Source of the DNA: Eledone cirrhosa
Lineage: Eukaryota
DNA: 64,000 bases
Direction: 5' to 3'
Assembly: GCA_964016885.1 (NCBI GenBank)
Contig: OZ024759.1
Location: forward strand, 14,384,001-14,448,000
Both the position numbers and the translations under genes were made by a program. A model generated the notes under the pieces. It was not told the origin of the DNA and ran no database searches. It saw only the letters and a list, made by a program, of their open reading frames with translations. This document shows positions 58,382 to 64,000 of this stretch, piece by piece; within the stretch, counting starts at the first letter, position 1; each line of letters opens with the position of its first letter.

Positions 58382-61300
58382 CCCAATTCAATGATGTTCC
58401 AGAACAATGTAAACGAGATAATTGCCAATTTGGGTTCTGGAACAAAAAAGATCATTGGCAATAAGGGCAGGGGCCCCAAGTTATCACAACCTGGGCCCGC
58501 CCGTCATCGTGCCATTGTAATAGAGCCAAACAGGGCATTTAGTCTTGGCTGCTGGAACGTACGGACGCTGCTTGACAGGGATTCTTTGGAGCGTCCTGAA
58601 CGAAGGACCGCTCTTGTTGCGAAGGAGCTTCGACGTTACGATCTTGACATCGTGGCTTTGTCTGAGACGAGGTTAGCTGGAGATGGTCATCTTACGGAAT
58701 TTTGTGGAGAATATACATTCTTCTGGAAAGGAAGAGATGAAGGAACCAGAAGAGAGGCTGGGGTAGGATTTGCTGTTAAGACTGTACTGGTGAATAAATT
58801 GGAAGAATTCCCAGTGGGGATTAGTGAGCGTCTTATGTCCATGAGAGTTCCGCTGGACAAGGGAAGATATGCTACCCTGGTGAGTGTGTATGCTCCAACT
58901 ATGAATTCTGTCGATGAAGAAAAACTGTCCTTTTACCATGCCTTGAAAGGTGTTTTAAGAAATATCCCTCAGGCAGACAAAGTCATCGTGCTTGGTGACT
59001 TTAATGCTAGAGTGGGTAGGGATTTTAACACATGGAATGTAATCGGAAGGCATGGGGTGGGAAAGTGTAACAGCAATGGTATGCTCTTGCTGCAGATGTG
59101 TGAGGAGCTGGATCTGTGTGTTACCAACACCATGTTCCAACAAAAGAACAAATTCAAGACCACATGGATGCATCCTGCATCTAAGGAATGGCATCTTTTG
59201 GACTACGTCCTAGTCAGGATGCGTGACAGACAGGATGTGCGGTGTGTTCGTGTTCTTCGTGGAGCTGAGTGCTGGACGGACTACCGCCTGGTACGCGCAA
59301 AAGTGAATCTAATCACCAAACGTAAAATCCGGGCTCCTGGTGTTGCCCTGCCCAAAAGATTGAATGCTGCTCGTCTTAAGGATAAAAATGTGAAGAGGAC
59401 ATTGGAAGAAGAGATGCAGGCTGCAGATCTTGGTGAGGATTGGCCGACCCTTAAAAAGTCGGTTTATGATGTAGGCAGACGTGTTCTGGGATTGGTGCAG
59501 AGAAAACATCAGGACTGGTTTAATGAGAAAGATGTGCATATAGATGACTTGTTGGCTGATAAGAGGCGCGCTCTGTCACGCTACTTGACGGCAAGACCAC
59601 AGGAGAGGAATACGTTGCATGAGGAGCTCAGGGATGTAAAATCACGTGTTAGGCGGAGTCTTTCTCAGATGAAGGATCAGTGGTGGAGTGAGAAGGCTGG
59701 TGAGATACAAACTGCGTCTGATTGCAATAACACAAAGCTGTTGTACAGTCTCTTGCGTGAGGTTTATGGACCGTCTTCTTCTCTGGTGACACCGATTCGC
59801 AGCAAGGATGGCAAAGAACTTCTTCGTGACTCACAGGGAATTCTACGAAGGTGGCGGGAGCACTTTGATGATCTTTTGAATCAGCCGTCTGTCGTCAGTG
59901 AAGATTTCCTCAATCTCATTCCGGAAAGTCCTGTGAAAGTAGCTCTCGCAGAGCCTCCGACACTTGTGGAGGTTGCAGTGGCTATTTCGAAGCTGAACAG
60001 TGGAAGATCTCCAGGTATGGATGGCATACATGCTGAGCTCCTACAATATGGTGGTGAGAGACTCCTGCAACATCTTCACTCTCTGTTTGGAGGGATATGG
60101 GCTAATGAATCCGTGCCTGAGGACTGGAGAGATGCAGTAATGGTGGTCTTGTACAAGGGAAAGGGTAACAGGAATGATTGTGGGAACTACAGAGGTATAT
60201 CATTGCTTTCTGTCGTGGGGAAAGTTTTATGTAGGGTGCTTCTGGACCGTCTGCTGACACACATTGCAGATTGTGTCCTTCCTGAAAGTCAATCTGGTTT
60301 TCGTGTTGGACGCGGCACTACTGATATGATCTTCTCAGCTAGACAGCTCCAGGAGAAGTGCATTGAACAGGGCTTGGATCTGTATCAGGTTTTTGTCGAT
60401 CTGACAAAGGCTTTCGATACTGTCAACAGAGATGCATTATGGAAGGTTCTCCAGAAACTTGGTTGCCCTGATAAGTTCCTTGCTTTAGTTAGGTCTTTCC
60501 ATGACGACATGAAGGCTTGGGTTAATGTCGGAGGTAACATGTCGGAGCCTATCTCAGTAAAAAATGGAGTGAAACAGGGGGATATTCCAGCACCGACCCT
60601 GTTTGCCATATACTTTGCAATGGTTTTCTGTATTGCATTCAGGAATTGCGAGCATGGTGTTTACATCCGATATCGAACCTCAGGCAGCATATTTAACATC
60701 AGGCGCTTTGCTGCGAAGACAAAAGTATTTACATCAGTCATAAGAGACCTCTTGTATGCAGATGATTGCGATCTTGTAGCGCACACAGAGAGTGATATGC
60801 AGCACATTTTGAATGTATTTTCTGACGCTTGCACTGCCCTGGGTTTGACTGTCAGTCTCAAGAAAACCGTCGTCATGTACCAACCTGCACCTGGTAGGCA
60901 GTACACTGAACCAAACATCTATGTGTATGGCAAACGACTTGGAGTGGTTGATCAGTTTGTCTACCTGGGAAGCACTGTCAATCGATACGGCAACCTTGAC
61001 AGTGAAATCTCACTTAGGATTAGGAAAGCAAGTGATGCTTTCGGAAAGCTAGAAAGGCGACTCTGGGGTCGGCGAGACATATGCAGGAGGACAAAGGTAA
61101 AGGTGTACAGGGCATGTGTACTCTCTTGTCTTCTTTATGCCTGCGAGACCTGGGTCACATATCGACGCCACCTTAAGCAATTGGAGCGTTTCCATCAGAT
61201 GTGTCTCAGACGGATACATGGCGTTCGCTGGAGGGACCACATCAGTGATGTCGAGATTTTGGAAAGCTCTATGTGTGACAGTATAGAAGCTCTTGTGCTT

Positions 61301-61944
61301 AAGCAGCGACTCCGTTGGAGTGGTCACCTTGCCAGGATGAAGGATTCTAGAATACCAAAACAACTCTTCTATGGAGAGTTGGTTAAAGGAAAACGACCGC
61401 CACATAAACCAAAAAAGAGGTATAAGGATTCCTTGAAGGCCTCTCTGAAAGACGCTAACATCTCTGCTGATACATGGGAAAATATTGCTGCTGATCGTAA
61501 TAAATGGAGAAAGACTGTATATGAGGGAAAAGTTGCCTTTGAGGCATCTCGAATCGCACACGAGAAAGTAAAGCGGGACGTGAGGAAGGGTATTGCTGTT
61601 GCACTTCCAGACGGCGAGGGTCCTCCTATGTTTCTGACATGCAGCGTCTGTGCGAGACTCTGCCTAAGCAAAGCTGGACTCGAAAGTCATCTTCGCAGTC
61701 ATAAAGTAAGACCAGTGGTTGACTACCAGGCTGCTGTTGGAGATGCTACTCATCATGCTTGCCAAACATGTGGTAGAGAATGTAAATCAGCAGGAGGACT
61801 CAAGCGACATGCAAAAGTACACGAACTCCAACCACAGCCGACTATTCCCAGTAAATGTTTTGGTTGCCGACTCTGTGCAAGACATTTTGGATCATTGGCT
61901 GGGCTAAAAAGCCACATTCGATCGCAGCACTGTTAGTTGCTATC

Positions 61945-61982
<38 letters not shown>

Positions 61983-62061
61983 GCTTATGTGCGTGCGTGT
62001 GTGTGTATATATATATGAATATGTATATTATTATTGTTGTTGTCGTTATTATTATTATTGC

Positions 62062-62119
<58 letters not shown>

Positions 62120-62230
62120 TTTTTATTTTTTTTTTTTGTTGTTTTTTTTTTTTTTATTTTTTATTTTTATTGTGCAATGGCCATACTCGATAACGAGGGG
62201 GCAGCCATCATGTATGTATGTATGTATGTA
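58002..62230 (+). mobile_element. Near full-length RTE LINE (5'UTR + ORF + 3'UTR ending GCAGCCATCA-(TGTA)n)
   Basis: 5'UTR 58002-58280 matches 19302-19580; 3' end 62172-62212 matches 19614-19653. Microsatellites lie inside both UTRs. Exact 5' boundary uncertain. Confidence 0.85.
58391..61936 (+). CDS. RTE-clade LINE ORF: APE endonuclease + reverse transcriptase + three C-terminal C2H2 zinc fingers (1181 aa)
   Basis: Uninterrupted ORF. APE motifs GCWNVRT, LSETR, VYAPT, GDFNARVG, LLDYVL, WTDYRLV. RT motifs NYRGISLLS, PESQSGFR, FVDLTKAFD, GVKQG, LYADD (YADD begins 60755), FVYLGS. RTE-like thumb/C-terminus LRWSGHLARM...PKQLFYGEL. Three CxxC-x12-H-x3/4-H units at about 61640-61933. Confidence 0.96.
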   Translation: MMFQNNVNEIIANLGSGTKKIIGNKGRGPKLSQPGPARHRAIVIEPNRAFSLGCWNVRTLLDRDSLERPERRTALVAKELRRYDLDIVALSETRLAGDGHLTEFCGEYTFFWKGRDEGTRREAGVGFAVKTVLVNKLEEFPVGISERLMSMRVPLDKGRYATLVSVYAPTMNSVDEEKLSFYHALKGVLRNIPQADKVIVLGDFNARVGRDFNTWNVIGRHGVGKCNSNGMLLLQMCEELDLCVTNTMFQQKNKFKTTWMHPASKEWHLLDYVLVRMRDRQDVRCVRVLRGAECWTDYRLVRAKVNLITKRKIRAPGVALPKRLNAARLKDKNVKRTLEEEMQAADLGEDWPTLKKSVYDVGRRVLGLVQRKHQDWFNEKDVHIDDLLADKRRALSRYLTARPQERNTLHEELRDVKSRVRRSLSQMKDQWWSEKAGEIQTASDCNNTKLLYSLLREVYGPSSSLVTPIRSKDGKELLRDSQGILRRWREHFDDLLNQPSVVSEDFLNLIPESPVKVALAEPPTLVEVAVAISKLNSGRSPGMDGIHAELLQYGGERLLQHLHSLFGGIWANESVPEDWRDAVMVVLYKGKGNRNDCGNYRGISLLSVVGKVLCRVLLDRLLTHIADCVLPESQSGFRVGRGTTDMIFSARQLQEKCIEQGLDLYQVFVDLTKAFDTVNRDALWKVLQKLGCPDKFLALVRSFHDDMKAWVNVGGNMSEPISVKNGVKQGDIPAPTLFAIYFAMVFCIAFRNCEHGVYIRYRTSGSIFNIRRFAAKTKVFTSVIRDLLYADDCDLVAHTESDMQHILNVFSDACTALGLTVSLKKTVVMYQPAPGRQYTEPNIYVYGKRLGVVDQFVYLGSTVNRYGNLDSEISLRIRKASDAFGKLERRLWGRRDICRRTKVKVYRACVLSCLLYACETWVTYRRHLKQLERFHQMCLRRIHGVRWRDHISDVEILESSMCDSIEALVLKQRLRWSGHLARMKDSRIPKQLFYGELVKGKRPPHKPKKRYKDSLKASLKDANISADTWENIAADRNKWRKTVYEGKVAFEASRIAHEKVKRDVRKGIAVALPDGEGPPMFLTCSVCARLCLSKAGLESHLRSHKVRPVVDYQAAVGDATHHACQTCGRECKSAGGLKRHAKVHELQPQPTIPSKCFGCRLCARHFGSLAGLKSHIRSQHC

Positions 62231-62768
62231 TTACAGATGTCTGTGTATCTGGCTTGAACAAAATCGATGCATCGGACAAAAATATCTGACGTCTTTTCAC
62301 AATGGTCGATGCTACTGTTTGGTTAATTGCTCGATAAATTAAGCTTAAGAGAATGCACTGTAGCATGGTTCAATTTAATCGACTATATCACGTGTGCTCC
62401 AGCTTGGTCGTGACAGGTGTTCTCTAGCATAGCTGGAAAATAATAAATTCGAGTGAAAAGAACGAACAAAAAAAAAAAAGAATTGATGTATAAAACAAAG
62501 CAATCTTAAACTAAATTGAACCCTAAATCAGGCCCAGACATGGAGTTCGTTTAGCAACAAAATGGTTTTAGTTTAACTCCCACTGAGCCGCATCTTCATC
62601 GTAGAGAAAAAGAAAAGAAAATCAAGGTATATAACTCTGGAGCTGATGAAATACTGAGGGAAATAACTTGTCTAGTAATTTAAGGGGAAATAATTCAAAT
62701 GTCAGAAAAATAAGCAGTAGTTTCATATTGTGACGGATTTAATGTATTCAGCAGCTTCACACACACAG

Positions 62769-62844
<76 letters not shown>

Positions 62845-63026
62845 GCACGAGAGCACACACAGAAACCACGCTGACCCCACATGTCCACTGATGAGAAGGT
62901 ATTGTCCGGTGTTTTGTTCGTTTTTCCGTTGTCTTCGTCCACTTTTCTTGATTCATTTTGTATGATCTTAGCCACGCAGGGCTTTTTTTCATGTATATAT
63001 GTATGTGTGTATATATATATATATAT

Positions 63027-63161
63027 ATAGGAACGAGTAGGACCCCGACGGCTGAGCTCAAGCCGTTTCGACGGCTAATTCTGGACTAAAAAATTTTTTT
63101 AGTCCAGAATTAGCCGTCGAAACGACTTGAGCTCAGCCGTCGGGATCCTACTCGTTCCTAT
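63027..63161. repeat. 135-bp palindrome of a family F element (other copies about 7840-7900 and 35315-35445)
   Basis: AGGAACGAGTAGGACCCCGACGGCTGAGCTCAAG...CTTGAGCTCAGCCGTCGGGATCCTACTCGTTCCT. Confidence 0.92.
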
Positions 63162-63502
63162 TACCGACTCTACTACCCTAAGTATTGAGTACTTTGGTGC
63201 GTTATGGTCCACCTGGTTCCTTACCACATTTCCTTCGTTATATATATATATATATACATACATACTTATATATATATATATATATATATACATAGATATA
63301 TAATACACATAGATATATAATACAAGGACGATTAGTTATGTCGTTTATTGATTGGTGACCTGCGTTTTGATATTGATCCGCTTTTGATTCCAGAGTCGGG
63401 CCAGATCGATACACATCTAACCTTGAGCTGATCAATAGCGAAACGTGCGTCACCAACCGATAAACGTAATGAAGACATAACTAATCGCCCTTGTATTCTT
63501 TC

Positions 63503-63643
63503 TAGCATAGTTACGTCCATTTACAGTCTGAGTTCAAATCCCGCCGAGGTTAACTTTGCCTTTCATCCCTACGGGGTCGATAAAATAAAGTACCAGTAAT
63601 GCACTGGGTAATTGCTGGCCTTGTGCCTAAAAGTAGAAACAAT
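63503..63643 (+). mobile_element. SINE copy
   Basis: Near-identical to 32843-32983. Confidence 0.85.
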
Positions 63644-63859
63644 TATTATATTACACTTTGTTTAGCTCTACACCTCGCTACAGACTATAAATGTTCTAAA
63701 CTAAAATTTGATTGTTTTAACTCTTTGTATCTCGGCACTGTAAAACACTTGATAAATTGCATTGAGCCTTTTGTCATACCAGTAACCGGCTAGCACTTAG
63801 TACTACCCTCCATATTTATAATTGTATTAAACATATATAAATATAGATATTCTTATTAC

Positions 63860-63926
<67 letters not shown>

Positions 63927-63965
63927 GTATGTATATATGTATTTATATATGTATTTATATATACA

Positions 63966-64000
<35 letters not shown>

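Noticed and set aside
58673-61907. Short antisense and alternate-frame ORFs inside the LINE
   Set aside because: Shadow ORFs of the main coding frame.

Overview
AT-rich, microsatellite-saturated animal genomic DNA. The repeat landscape and SINE types suggest an octopus/cephalopod genome (inference). There is a 200-N assembly gap at 45366-45565. Nearly all short ORFs in the supplied track are translations of (TA)n, (CA)n or triplet repeats. The only long real ORF (58391-61936) belongs to an RTE-clade LINE encoding an APE endonuclease, a reverse transcriptase and three C2H2 zinc fingers; ORF-less bipartite derivatives of the same LINE group also occur. The rest is tRNA-derived SINEs, RTE 3' fragments, two MITEs and minisatellites. 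The most striking signal is a dense, multi-family population of short non-coding elements, most of them embedded in (TA)n. They carry type I hammerhead ribozyme folds (CUGANGA...GAAA...UH with a short palindromic stem III), share a TYGAGTRC tail motif and often occur as 120-550 bp fold-back palindromes, resembling Penelope-like pLTR or retrozyme-type elements. All folds were paired by eye, not computed.
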